DNA of 64,000 nt from Octopus vulgaris (taxonomy: Eukaryota), in assembly GCA_951406725.2 (NCBI GenBank), contig OX597815.1:31062001-31126000 (forward strand), in the 5' to 3' direction. Position numbers and translations under genes: made by a program. Positions 12,802 through 26,780 of this stretch are shown piece after piece. Within the stretch, counting starts at the first letter, position 1; each line of letters opens with the position of its first letter. A model generated the notes under the pieces. The model did no database searches. It was not told where the DNA came from and worked only from the letters and a program-made list of their open reading frames with translations.

Positions 12802-13884
12802 GCAAACAGGAAAGAAAACTCAATACCTGAAGCAAATTTCATATTTAGTTGTTGACTACTCAAGATCCACACGACCTTCCCCGCTACTCGGAGTTTGCCA
12901 TATACGGGCCATCAGGCAACATCGAGTTTGTCTGATTTCCATGGGAAGCGCATTGTGGATTGTTTACTCATTATTTCACTATAGTTATACAGCCATATTC
13001 ATATTTCTCCTGCGGTGTGAAGAACAAACAAATGACAATTTTAAAAATCAACAGCTATTGTGAGCTAGTCTAATTAGCAGATATTCAGAGCTTTTAAAGC
13101 AGCTCATTAAATAAAATAATACGTTTGTTTTTTTGGTTTTCATTTTGTAGCTTTTATTTTGATTAATTTCTATTCTAACATCTCTAGCCAGACGATACCA
13201 ATTGAAGATATTATCTGCGTGAGAACAAAATAATATAAAAAATTAAAATATAAAATGAAAAATAGAAAGAGAAAGAGAAAATCATGTTGTAGGCAGTCAT
13301 ATTTGCCAGACAAGAACATTTCAATCGATTATCTTTGTGACAAGATCAGTTCCAAACCAAATCACTCTTAAACATTTTTTTCTTAAACTGATATAATTTT
13401 AGAACTTTATCTCAAAAACTTATATCCGTTTATTGACAATAATAATATCGTCAAAAACAATAATGAACTAAGGTCGCGAATTTCTAAAATGATAGATGAT
13501 AAGGAGATAAAGAAAAGAAAATATCTATGAATAAATATGACCAACTTCAGTTTAATATTTTTTTTCTTTTAATTCTATAAGCTAACCAACTGAAGTAGTG
13601 TAGTACTTATGTACTTTACGAGCTTTCATGTGTATTGGGGGTTTTAGAGTTCATGCCCGGCCGGAAAAGATGTAAGTCAATATATGTTGATTTACAGGAA
13701 ATTTAGAAAAGCAAAAGCAATATACATTTAATTTTTGTTACATTCATTTTTGACATGGTAATCGGTAATATAAACATCAAAGACACTTTGCCCTGGGTTA
13801 ATAAAGCAATCATGATCTTGAAAACCTATTCGTATTTTCAGCTAGTCTCTCAGGGTCAGGATTCCATCTGCAGTCTCTTCTCAC

Positions 13885-13959
13885 CTGAAATGCTAGATGT
13901 TATGGCTTTCTCGTTAGTGGCCATTTTTCTTTCAGTTGTCTGTTTTCCAAACCAATCTT
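13885..13959 (-). CDS. Candidate 75-nt internal exon (DWFGKQTTERKMATNEKAITSSIS), product unknown
   Basis: Acceptor TATTTCCTGCAG|, donor CAG|GTGAGA, open phase 1-1 frame in non-repetitive DNA; no recognised homology. Confidence 0.25.
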
Positions 13960-14559
13960 CTGCAGGAAATAGTGTACCGATCTAGTTGAAAAACCGTCGC
14001 AGCAAACACGAATAGGAAATTTGGTTGCATACCATTCTTTAATAAAAGCTTCAATTCCTGATATTAGGTTTTCTTCCGTTGGTGAGAAATGTCAAGTTTT
14101 TCCTTGTGTGATATCAGTCATAATAGTGAAAATGCGGCAAAGGATATGCGAAAGAGCACAAGTAAAGAAGTGTGACTGAGATTGAAATTACATTAAAACA
14201 TAACCGTCGGCGAGTTTAGTCGAAAACTTCAAGAAATATTAGTGACAATTACGAAAGCTTTTACTTTAAAAAAAAATCACAATGTATTCACTTAAAACAA
14301 AAAAAAATAGGTGCTGACATGCTGTAAGTTTATGTTCCGTTCGCAACTGCATGGTTTCGGTCCAGTCCTTTAGGTGGTCATCATGCCCAAGTATCTTCTA
14401 CGCCAATCTTGGGTTGACCAGTACATTGCAAGTGGAATTTAGTAGTCTGAAACTGGGCATCCATGACAAGTCTTGCAAAGAAATGCAATGTGTCCCTTTC
14501 CACGGTGTCCGAGCTATGAACAGGAACCTTGGCATGACTAACTATGTTTGATGACACTG

Positions 14560-15315
14560 TCACCTCCTAACAGCCAAGGTAAAAGCAATCAGATCCGAGA
14601 AAAGCTTACAGCTTCAGTCATTCATCAAGTATCTTGGTGCATAAAAAACTCTTGTGTCTGTGGACGAGAAGTTCACTGTGGACACTAAGATAAATCGTAG
14701 AACTTCTCGGCTGACATCCCCGCTGTGATGGTATTTGAAGTCGTAACGAGTGGTGAAACTTTCATGGATCCACACTTCATGGAGTTTGGCTTGAAGATTG
14801 GCACAAAGGAGTATTTGGGCATCCTGAAGAAGTATCTGTTACCTCGGATAGGACAGAAGTTTGGTCTTCACACTGTGGTGCTTATCTAGGATTCTGCACC
14901 ATGCCATGGGTCAAAAGCAACATAGGCCTTCTTTGGTGAGAAGCTGCCATTTTTTATGATGCCAACATCTAGCCCAGTAATAAATAGTCCAGATCATAAC
15001 TTTCTCGATTCCTTTTAAGGGGCGTACTTCAAACAAGGACCAAATGCTTACACTACACTCGAATGTCAACAGTTTGAAGATCTGCATCGTACGTGCGACA
15101 CGGAAAATCAAAAATACGGACGTTTTGGCAGCTGCAAAACAATGTCGTTCTCGTGTGGAGGCAGTATTGCTCAAAAGGGCAGCCATATTTAGTGATAATG
15201 TTTTTGTTGTAATGAATGCTACATTAATATTATATTTGCATACTACTATTATTTTAGCACTTATAACCAGATTTATGCATCGTAAAAATTGTCTCAATTT
15301 ATCTGCTAGACTTTG
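14560..15315 (+). mobile_element. Decayed Tc1/mariner-superfamily transposon (DD37D/maT-like) 3' part
   Basis: Remnant peptides DEKFTV, VMVF, GLKIGTKEYL, DSAPCHGSK, CRSRVEAV; ends ...CTTTG|TA. Confidence 0.7.
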
Positions 15316-15318
15316 TAT

Positions 15319-15358
<40 letters not shown>

Positions 15359-15369
15359 GTAATATGTGA

Positions 15370-15443
15370 TAGCCCGATAACTGAAGATATGGCGTCGTGG
15401 ATTTCCACCCCGGCATCCGAAACTCGGAGTTATATCATGGCTA
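15370..15443 (+). ncRNA. Type-I hammerhead ribozyme-like motif (degenerate) in a (TA)n-embedded Penelope-like fragment (15362-15540)
   Basis: CTGAAGA (15381-15387), stem II with GTGG-ATTT-CCAC, GAAA (15419-15422), stem III CTC-G-GAG, GTT site, stem I TAGCC-GATA / TATC-GGCTA. Confidence 0.6.
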
Positions 15444-16172
15444 CCGAATAATTGTCACATGTTACATTTACAGATAAATTCCTCTATTTACATAATATCG
15501 AGGTCTCTTTTATTCTTTTGTTGTCTTACCATTTTATCAATATATATATATATATATATATATAAATGATATATCAATATATGCATATATACATACATAT
15601 ATGTACATACCTACATATATATGTATATATACATGCATTATTTGTATTATTATATGATCGAACGCCACGCATCTTTTTCCAGGTATATATATATATGTAT
15701 ATATATATATATAATTATTTTTTCTTTCGAAAAACATAACGTAGAAGTGCTCAAGTCGAACTCGAGGCGCTAGACAAATAAAACAGATACAGCAGAAAAG
15801 ATTCAAAGCAGGCAGACTACAATTAACACATACATATACGGGTTTAATTAGGATAAAATGAGAATTGTCCAATCTGAAACATATTGATATATTAGAAATA
15901 TAAAAATATAGAAATATAGAAATATATGAATACTAAAATTACTAAAAACATAATGACATATAGATAAATAGATATGTAAGCATAATAATAACAGAAAATA
16001 GATAAAAATAATAATGGAATATAGAAAAAAGGGATTTTTTTAAATTCAAAATATAATATAGGGAAAGTAATAGGCATTTTTCCCTGATGGTGGGGGCATT
16101 CTAATCGTCATCTGCTTAATTTGAATCTTTTCTATATTACCTATTATGTACATACATACATACATACATACA

Positions 16173-16209
<37 letters not shown>

Positions 16210-16246
16210 ATATAAGGATGGTATTATTAAAATACCAACAATACAA

Positions 16247-16384
16247 AGGTCGACTTTGCCTTTCATCCTTTCGGGGTCGATTAAATAAATACCAGTTACT
16301 GGGGTCGATATAATCGACTTAATCCGTTTGTCTGTCCTTGTTTGTCCTCTCTGTGTTTAGCCCCTTGTGGGTAGTAAAGAAATA
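16247..16384 (+). mobile_element. SINE family A, 5'-truncated, tail X
   Basis: Central block plus tail X; flanked by GGTATTATTAAAATACCAACA (16220-16240) and GGTAGTATTAAAATACCATCA (16385-16405). Confidence 0.9.
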
Positions 16385-16660
16385 GGTAGTATTAAAATAC
16401 CATCACAAGTGGTAAGCGAATTATTACCGTACAGGCAAATTAATAATATATATATATACAATATTAGATATGTACATATATACACGAGGGTACTACATGA
16501 GTACCTATATCGCTAATGATAGAAGTCGAAAAATACTTCTGTACCACCGAAAGTCACAAATCTATTACAGACAAGATAGGAAAAAATATCAGTGAACAAT
16601 AATAATGTCTTACCCCAAATGGGTCAGAACAAGTAAATGCTGGTCAACTCGGTACCGGAT

Positions 16661-16721
<61 letters not shown>

Positions 16722-16883
16722 ATGTGTGTGTGTGTGTGTGTGTGTAAAAGTAAAAAGAATATACAAACTGGGATAAGAACGTGAAATATTTAGAAGACGA
16801 CACAAAAAACCAGGACGGGACATTCGAAGCCCTCAATCATCAGTCAAGAACCGGATCATCTTCGCAATTTCGGCTGATTAATC

Positions 16884-16934
<51 letters not shown>

Positions 16935-16944
16935 TGTGTATGTA

Positions 16945-17150
16945 TGTGTTTGTCCCCACTCTCCACCGCTTGACAGCTAGTGCTGGTGTGCTTACGCCCC
17001 CATAACTTAGCGGTTCGGCAAAAGAGACCGTCAGAATAAGTACCTGGATTAAAAAGTACTGGGGTAGATTCATTCGACTAAAATGTTCTTCAATGCGGTG
17101 CCCCAGCATGACCACAGTCTAATGAGAGAAACAAGTAAAAAATAGAAGAC
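16945..17150 (+). mobile_element. SINE family B, 3' half
   Basis: TGTTTGTCCCC...GCGGTTCGGCAAAAGAGACCG...GCGGTGCCCCAGCATG...GAAACAAGTAAAA. Confidence 0.85.
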
Positions 17151-17798
17151 AAACAGACAACAGGCTAGTACAATAGCATGCATTTACTTATATATAAAAA
17201 GAGAGATAACTGCGTGTGCGAGTGCGCGCATTTGGATTTATGTACGTATCTAAATAAATATGTATCACGAGTGTCTTTATGCTCACACATTAGCCTAAAA
17301 ACTGTTGTTTGCACTGTCCTTTTATGTCCTATAATTTTGCGTTCGGCAAATAGTAAACAATATACAATAACAGGTTAAAATATGTACAGGGATAAATATT
17401 ATCGTTTGAATACTCGAAGATGAGTGCCCCAAGTTCCGCCCTAGTACAGTGATGAACCAGGAAAGGAATAAAAAAAAAACTTCTGATGTAATAATATTTA
17501 TTTGTTTTCAATTTCTACATTCAACATTTGGTAGAGAAAAATATGGCTGTTCCGCTCATAAACAAGTGTGACCTTGTTGCATTTCGCAGGCTGTAAGCTG
17601 ATTTAAGTGCATTTACAATAAATGTTTGTATAAGATTAATTTGAATTAAGTTTGTATTAAATAAATGTTTACATTGAATCCTTAGAGAATAACACTTAAT
17701 ATTACTTTCATAAAGTTTATTTTGGTTGCAGTGTATGTACGTTTAGCCTAATCACCCAAACAACATTTGTTGTGTGATTGCAATCCTGACCGACATCG

Positions 17799-17846
<48 letters not shown>

Positions 17847-17908
17847 GTGTGTGTGTAGACATATATATATAAGCAACATACATATGAATATATATATATA
17901 TACATATA

Positions 17909-18041
<133 letters not shown>

Positions 18042-19789
18042 GTCTGAATAGGTTTGAAATCAATAAAGTCATAAAGTTCATTTAATTTCGTTTTTCTTTG
18101 TCTTTATTTTCATGTTGGAGGTTATTTAGTTCTTCAGAATTTTTAAAGCGATTAAACTGTATTGTTTGTGATCATGCTTGGAATAGCATCAGATTTATTT
18201 AAACTATGAGAAAAACAAAGATTTGAATCATTTTTATCATTTTATCAATACATTTACTGCTATGATGTGCTGCGCTAGGTGGCATGGATTTTCAATTGAT
18301 ATCTTCTACTAATTATATTGTTTTTTTTTTACAATTAGGTTATGTTAACATCTTCGCTTTTGCAGTTGTCGTCGTGATGATCATCATTTGATCATATTCA
18401 TAACCACCATCGTCAAACCCCTCACCAGCACACAGCTACCTTCATAATCATCATCATCAGCAGCAGCAACAATAACATAAACGGTAACAGCAACTACTAC
18501 TACTACTACTACTACTTTAAATATCGCTATCAATATTATCCTTTTATACATAACACCATTGAATTTCCTTCATGCAGCAAGCAACAAAATGATGTATCCC
18601 GGCTGCAAATATAATTCTATTTGATTCTTCCCCTCCTCCTCCTCCTCCTCCTCCTCCTACTACTACTACTACTACTACTAGCAGTAGTAATAATAGTAAT
18701 AGTACTTCTCTGTCAATTCTGAGAAGATCAATAATTGCTCATGTAGGAATTGAATTTTGGTTATCGCTTAGCAATAAATGCATTTGAATCAAGAATGCAT
18801 GCGAAAATGTTTCCAGATTATTCTCTTCCTTGGATTGGACCTTACAGATTGTGGTTGTCAGATTTTCATAAAGCTAATTCAAGCGTGGATAACTGCTGTT
18901 GTCTTTCTCCATGCGATGTTAGCCATGGGATTTTTCAAATCCATAATGCTATATACAATCCATTCAACAGATTTGTAGTCAGTTTAAATGCCCTAGGGAT
19001 AAAATTCTTATTCAAACACTTCAGCTTAAAATAGATGATATTTTTTCTCTCGTCTCTTTCTCTCTCTCTTTCCGTCTCTCTGTCTCTGTCTGTCTCTCTG
19101 TCTGTCTCTCTCTCTTTGAGTTTCGTTCACAAACAAGATTAAGTATGTTTACAGGAAATAAACACAAAGACGTTGTTGAATTTTGAATATCACTTAACAT
19201 TAATATTCTGTATATATGTAAGGCAGTGAAATGGCAGAAACTAAACAGGGTCGGAACTAACTAACCTACACTAGTACCGTTCTACCCTCAATGTACTAAG
19301 ATCGAAATCAGATGGAGTTCATTCAGCCATTTGCCTTTGGAGATTCGCTACATTTAGTACCAGTAATATTCTTGATTCATTTCACCTGACTATTCCTTTT
19401 TTCTGTAAACATGAACAACACGATTATTCAATGAAAATCAAAAATGTGGTTATCTAGCCCTATGCTGGTCCAATAGTCCATGTCCAAAGGTATTTCTCTA
19501 TGACCAACCAGTCTTTACATATATAGTTGCTATCTACATTATATTCATATATCCTTTTTTTTTTAATATTATTTTTAAGACGATAGCATATAATTTCAGA
19601 GAGATTTGCCTTCTCTTTTTAGCAATTCGAGCGACCACACTTATTGGATCCTAAATATTAAAGACCTTGTATTTCTTCTGGCTTTACTTTCCGAGTTTAT
19701 ATTTTGCTTCGGTTGACTCTGCCTTTCATCTTTTTGCGATCGATACAATAAAGTACCAGTTGAGCAAAGGGCGCGATGTTATCGACTAA

Positions 19790-19802
19790 ACCTACCTACC
19801 TG

Positions 19803-19881
<79 letters not shown>

Positions 19882-19958
19882 GTCTATCTATTTATCTATC
19901 CATCTATCTATCTATCTATTTATCTATCCATCTATCTATCTATCTATCTATCTATCTC

Positions 19959-20049
<91 letters not shown>

Positions 20050-20058
20050 GTCTGTCTT
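19790..20058. repeat. (ATCT)n microsatellite
   Basis: Direct reading. Confidence 0.95.
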
Positions 20059-21060
20059 TTCTCCGTCTCCTTATGTTTGCGTGCCTGATTGCGTGAGCAT
20101 AATTCTGTATGTGCATGAGGAGAAGAACAGTGTTTACGTCACTCGTGTTCTGTTAATAAATTGTAATGTCTCACCTTGCTCTTTCTTGCTTTCTTTCTTT
20201 TTCTTTTTTCTTCCTTCCTTCCGTCCTTTCTTTCTTTCTCTCTCACTTTCTCACTCTCTCTCTCTTTCTATCCATTTGTCTATATATTACTGCAAGCGAG
20301 CGTGTATGTGTATGTTTGACTCCAATGACAGAACAGGCTGAATGTCCAGTCAGCCAGGCCAAATGACCACCGTCCAAACTGCTGCGTCCAGTCGCCTCAC
20401 ATCGTTATCGGTCCTCCTCTGACAAAAGCATTCACAACATAAACACATACATTTCTTTGTGGTGAGTATTATAGATATATAGGGAGAACCTCAAAAGCTC
20501 AACCCATAACCATATGTATTTTCTTAGTTCAAACAATTTCACTGCATTCATGTTTAAAATTACTTTTTCAGAAGAAAACCGATGAATAACAAAACATCTC
20601 TAATTTGTAAATTATTGACCCTTGTACACTCAGGTTAAAAAATTACTGATATTTCCATTTGTGTGGCGCGTGCGGCAGAATAGTTGCGAACCGCCAGTGG
20701 GCTTTAGCGAGTTATCCAATTTAGATTCCCGATTAAAGTTTTAAAGTTAATTCATTTCAGTTTTAATTTCGTGAAACCGGAAACTTTACTTCCCACCCAC
20801 AGGATTCCAACTGCGGTCCACTTCCACAGCACGTTAAGTAAATCTAATGTACAATAGCTTTTGGGTTGAGCAGTGCCTTGAGACTGAAATCCTAGTATTT
20901 GCACCTAGAAAGTTCCTGTTAAATTTGCAAACTAAAGCAATTTGTGTGTGTGTGTGTAGCATAAGAAATTTCACACGAACGAAATAAATCCTCTCCTCTA
21001 CATCTAAGAATGTTATCCAAGTAAAGTTAGGAATACATATATATATATATATTACATCAA

Positions 21061-21110
<50 letters not shown>

Positions 21111-21213
21111 GTGTGTGTGTGTGTATTACATTACATAATATATTATATTGTATTTATGATATATATATAGAGAGAGAGATCGACAGATAGATAGATTGAT
21201 ATAGATATGCATG

Positions 21214-21291
<78 letters not shown>

Positions 21292-21625
21292 ACTAGAACA
21301 CGACTCCGTCGGTCACGAATGGCCATGGGTGGGTACACCTAAGAGGTTCCCCTTCGGGGTACAAGTCTAGGCGGAAAGTCACTTCACAGGCGAACGCACA
21401 ACACAGCGTTGTTTTATGGAAGACCAGCAGTCGCCCATGCATACCAGCCTCTCCTCTCCACGCCACTGATGTTATCCAAGGGAAAGGCAAAGGCCAATGC
21501 AGCTTGGCACCAGTGACATCCAAAGTCATTTGAAATAGTGTCATGCTCAAGAACACAACAAGCAGCCCAGTCCGGGATTACAACTCTCAACCTCACGACC
21601 GTAAGCTCGGCGCTTTAACCACTGA
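21292..21625 (-). mobile_element. tRNA/CORE-type SINE family D
   Basis: Homologous to 42337-42665; head CAGTGGTTAAAGCG, TGTGTTCTTGAGCA CORE-like block, shared body CCCTTGGATAACATCAGTGGCG. Confidence 0.85.
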
Positions 21626-21634
21626 TCGATACGT

Positions 21635-21705
<71 letters not shown>

Positions 21706-22351
21706 TGTGTGTATGTATATACATATACATACAAGGAACACATATAGAGAGAGAGGCGGGTAGAGGAGACAGGTAGAGGGAAAGAGAGAGAGAGAAACAG
21801 ATAGCAATTAGATCGCAGAAACGTAATTTTAACCAATTAACAATACAAAGATTGGCACAGGCGCCGTTTCAGGCGTTGCTGTCAGAAAGCGAGGAGCCGG
21901 AACAGTTTCCGAAAGTCATCCACCCGACACGGTGCTAACCTCTATCTAAGTGAATGGGAACTTTAATTGACTATTATATAACATAATCACTTATACAAGG
22001 TGAAGACACAGAATAGCAAAGTGTAGATTTTTGTATCACCAGTTTGTTTTTTGCCTTTTATTTTTTGTTTTTTGGCTCACCACATTTTAAAAGAAGCATA
22101 CAATCACTAATCATACACACATTTCACATAACACAAAGCTATATACACAAAAACAAACAAATACAGAATCCAGAGCTATTTTGTAAGCCGAACGAATATA
22201 AAAGATCAAATACATTCATACAAAGACAGTTAACCGGGTTTATAGGAAACATCCGCAAACGTTAACACATAACATACACATAAGCTATCTATCTGCCTGT
22301 CTGTCTGTCTGCCAGTCTGCCAGTCTGCCTGCCTGTCTGTCTGCCTGTCTG

Positions 22352-22396
<45 letters not shown>

Positions 22397-22443
22397 TACT
22401 CAGTGTGTGATTGTGTGTTTGTATGTGTCTGTGTGTTTATTTG

Positions 22444-22538
<95 letters not shown>

Positions 22539-23736
22539 TTGTGGTTCGATTCCTGTGTTAAGCTCTGTTATTTTTTAAGTTTGGCCTCATTTCCAGAAAA
22601 TAAATATACACTAACTATTGATTATTAGGATCACTTTAGGACTAAGTATTTTCGATGAATGGGTGATGTCTATAAATTGGAGTTATACTTGTTTAGGAAG
22701 TAATAATATACATGCATATCTATTTCTGTATCTCTCTATCTATCTATACACACACACACACACACTCACACACACATATATGTGTGTGTATGTATATATG
22801 TATGTATCATGTAATGTAAGCTTGACTTGGGTAATATCGCGTTGTATTTCTTATACTGCGCTAAGTACAAACTCCAGGCGACTCTGGTATTTTCGAAAGA
22901 CTGGTACTTTAGAGAGACGAATTGAAACAGGAATATGAGGTGCTTAGTACTGGTTTAAGTTATGAATAAATATTGCACCGAATAACATGTGAGACAAGGA
23001 ACATAGCTATACACACAAGCACGCTCACGCATAGAGACTCAAATACATAAATATTTTATACATACACCTGTGTGACATCTCCTTCATCAGCTGTCTGCTA
23101 GGGATAATAACGATTTCAGCACATTCTGACTAACACTCTCTTCAGCGATGGCAATCAGCATTGATGCTACAAAAGAACCTCTATGTTTTTCGGTCATGTT
23201 CCATTATGCTTTTTTTCTCCATTGGTCATACATACACCATACTAAGCTGTATTCATCTTAAACACTCCATTCATGCAGTAAGTATTTCATTTTACTGCTT
23301 GCTGAGGCTTTCTTTTTTGCACTGTTTCTTACAATACCTCTCAAGTTCGTGAATCACACCTTTGTTAGTAGTCCTAAATCTAATGTCAGCTAAGTAGAAC
23401 ATTCTGGGTTCTGAAGCAGACCTACAACCTCGTGGAAGTAGACGTAGGATGTTATATATTTGTACCTGGAATAATACTCGTGCCCCGCACAATTCGTTAA
23501 ACTCTTCATATTTTAGCCTCTTCTTGCTCTGTACCCATTCGCGGTGACTTGCCTCGCTAACTCAAAGAAACACGACTCCCGTTTTTTATAATTAAACTAT
23601 ATTGTCAATGAATTTCCTTGCTATCGAAAGATGGCTCAGGAACATGTGTGCTCCTGTGCTTGGTGTTGATTCCTATTGCATTGATATTTTTTTTGCATCC
23701 ACAATGAACCATACCAAAACTTGGTTATGATGTAAG

Positions 23737-23802
<66 letters not shown>

Positions 23803-23842
23803 ATCAGAAGTAAAGAGTAAAAGAGTCAAAAGGAAGCGTAAG

Positions 23843-23894
<52 letters not shown>

Positions 23895-23898
23895 GAAA

Positions 23899-24235
23899 AA
23901 GAAGGGGGACGGTTAGACATTTATTTTTTAACAACTACAATTGTTTCCACGCAAAGTAGTTTTCCGGGAGTGAAGGTTATTCATTATGCAACTGTTTCTC
24001 TGCATTATGAGATGTAGTTGTGTTTCCTTAGGCGATATGTAAATATTGTTTCCGTAAGTTTAAAATCCTCTGCTTCAAGAACATCCCCTCTGTCTGACGT
24101 GGCCTGAATTTATTAGTAGTCACTACTACTAATTTTAGTAGTAGTCATAATCAAGGACCTGTACTCCTGGAGAACTACGTTGCGTGGAAACAATTGTAGT
24201 GATTAAGAAATAAATGTCCAACCGTACCCCTTCTT
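23899..24235. mobile_element. Inverted-repeat element next to (TA)n, probably an inverted Penelope-like pLTR pair with degenerate hammerheads
   Basis: 23899-23971 is the reverse complement of 24163-24235 (21-nt perfect core TTGCGTGGAAACAATTGTAGT); arm reads CTGGAGA-stem-GAAA-CAATTG-TA. Confidence 0.6.
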
Positions 24236-24395
24236 GTTGACTCCAATTTTTTTAATTATACATTCACACACGACTGATTCCCAAACGCAGACCTGGAGGT
24301 ACGGATAATACTACTTCGGGTTAGCACAGGGTAAATCTGAAGGTGGACGAGCTTTATACTGTACTCTAATACGTTCTTAACAGAATATACAATAG

Positions 24396-24451
<56 letters not shown>

Positions 24452-25006
24452 TTGTGTGTGTAATACATCAAATTGCAAGATTTGCGATAAGACTAGGGGC
24501 CCGATAGCCAAAGCACGTTAAAGTACTGTTCTCATTAATGCTCTGTATAAAATGACACAGATATACTGTAGAGTCAGTCTATAACGTAGAAAAAGGAGCG
24601 CCAAAAGAAATATATATAAATATACACACGGGGGGAAAAGTGGCCAGCAAGCCTCTGCGGAGAGTCGAACATAGTACCTTCCCAATCCCGGTTGAACGAT
24701 TTGTACCATTAAGGTAAAGAGATCCCCTAACAGAAAAATGGCATTTTTTATAATGCTAAATAATAGCCTTTTTTGGAAACTGAGAACATTTTATAAACAA
24801 ACATATAAGCGCCATGGGACGGTATTTGTTGTCAATTGTCTCCTTTCTTAATTTTTGAGGTGCAGGGTTCGATTCACTGTAGAGGATTGCTGACTCCTTT
24901 TTTTTCCATATCCTAAAAAGTATTTGTCCCATTTTCTAAGTTACTTCCACATGAATACCCACTTACTAGGCTCTTATAGGTTTGTTTACAATATATAAAT
25001 ATATAT

Positions 25007-25220
25007 AAGGCGGCGAGCTGACAGAATCGTTGCCGCGCCAGAAAAAAATACTTGGCAGCATTTCTTCCGTCATCATGTTGCGAGTTCAAATCTTGCCGGA
25101 GTCCGCTTTGCTTTTAATAATTCGAGGTCAATAAATTAAGTACCAGTTGAGAACTGCAGTTGATGTAATCGGCTTATGCCTTCCTTCAAAACTGCTGGCC
25201 TTGTGTCAAAATTTGAAATC
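25007..25220 (+). mobile_element. SINE family A, full length, tail Y
   Basis: Head AAGGCGGCGAGCTG; approximate TSD CAAT(A/T)TATAAATATATATA. Confidence 0.85.
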
Positions 25221-25459
25221 AATTTATAAATATATATAGTGTGATATATTTATACATGTACCGTTTACCAATAGTTCTTTGCCCCCAAAATATTGTTTTC
25301 ATGGGCTCATTCCTTCAGATTCACTCATAAGATATTATCTTCTAATACGTAAGTTGTACGCTTTATTTGAGGTTAATTCTCGCTATTGCAATGTATTCGA
25401 TGCTTAGTCAAGATTAATATTTTGTAAAAATCTGAAGAAGATGATATTAACTATGCATA

Positions 25460-25879
25460 TTTATTTCTTTACTGTCCACAATGGACTACATATAGAGGGG
25501 ACAAACAAGGACAGTCAAAGGGATTAAGTTGATTACATCGACCTCAGTGCGTAATTGGTACTTATTTAATCGACCCCGAAAGGATGAAAGGCAAAGTCGA
25601 CCTCGGCGGAATTTGAACTCAGAACGGAGCGGCAGACGAAATACCTATTTCTTTACTACCCACAAGGGGCTACACACAGATGGAACAAATAAGGACAGAC
25701 AAACGGATTAAGTCGATTATATCGATCCCAGTGCGTAACAGGTACTTATTTAATCGACCCCGAAAGGATGAAAGACAAAGTCGACCTCGGTGGAATTTGA
25801 AATCAGAACCTAACGGCAGACGAAATACTGCTAAGCATTTCGCCCGGTGTGCCAACGATTCAGACAGCTCACCACCCTT
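25460..25879 (-). mobile_element. SINE family A dimer (head plus two 184-bp tail-X units)
   Basis: Unit marker TATTTCTTTACT at 25462 and 25646; TSD ATATTAACT(A/C)TGCATA at 25444-25459 / 25880-25895. Confidence 0.9.
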
Positions 25880-26529
25880 ATATTAACTCTGCATAGGTTA
25901 AGATAATAGGATTCTTTGAAACAGACCTAACTGCTATTTCTTGAATGCCTAGTGAGCTCGTAGGGGGTTCCCTCCCTGGTTGTTTACGAAATCTACCGTT
26001 TAATATTATTTATAACATTGTTCTTAGCAAATTCATTTACAATTTATTTATATACTAACACACCCATATACATGCATATATATATAGATGTGCATGCACG
26101 AGAGCGAAGAGTACGCGTGTGTATATGTTTTCGTGTGTATGTTTGTATATGCACTTGTTTGTGACCGTAATACTGTGACATTATTTCTCGCTAGTGTCGG
26201 ACGAGTGACTATAAACCACACACTATAAACAAGATCCTGGTTCTAACACAACTTAAAGTCCGATCCGACAGTTATATTTGTGAGCCATAAACATGTAAAA
26301 GGAACGGATAATTTATTAGAAAGCAATGGTCGTGATTAAATAAAATCTGGTTTTCTCAATCAAACTGTTCTAATTTACACATTAGATTTATTCGAATTTG
26401 AGTTTCCCGAGGCATTTTTCACTTGGTTTGACGGTCACGACGCCATTTGTCATTGTTGACTATCTCATGTAAATGGAGTTTCTTATCTGCACACTCACTC
26501 ACTCTTTCTCTCACTCATTCACTCACTCA

Positions 26530-26581
<52 letters not shown>

Positions 26582-26780
26582 CTCTCTTTCTTTCTTTCCT
26601 TTTCTCTCCTCTCTGCCAATTGTGTCACTGAGGAGAAGCCAGTCACCTTCATTAATAACGACGGCGACATCTTTAAAGTCTATCAAAGTGGACAGTGTTG
26701 TCAAGGTAACATCGCATCTTCCGGGAATGTTTCCCCCCAACATTGACTGGGGAAGACATTAGCGATATTGTCTCTTCCTT

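Noticed and set aside
16746-16887. Minus-strand CTGATGA...GAAT possible hammerhead
   Set aside because: GAAA is replaced by GAAT and stems I and III could not be formed; at most a degenerate Penelope-like remnant
18750-19034. 94-aa non-repetitive ORF
   Set aside because: Non-ATG start, no recognisable motif, no supporting splice context
25640-25655. SINE-A multimer junction GAAATAGGTATTTC as a retrozyme hammerhead
   Set aside because: A stem-III-like hairpin is present but there is no CUGANGA upstream; an HDV-like fold was not supported either
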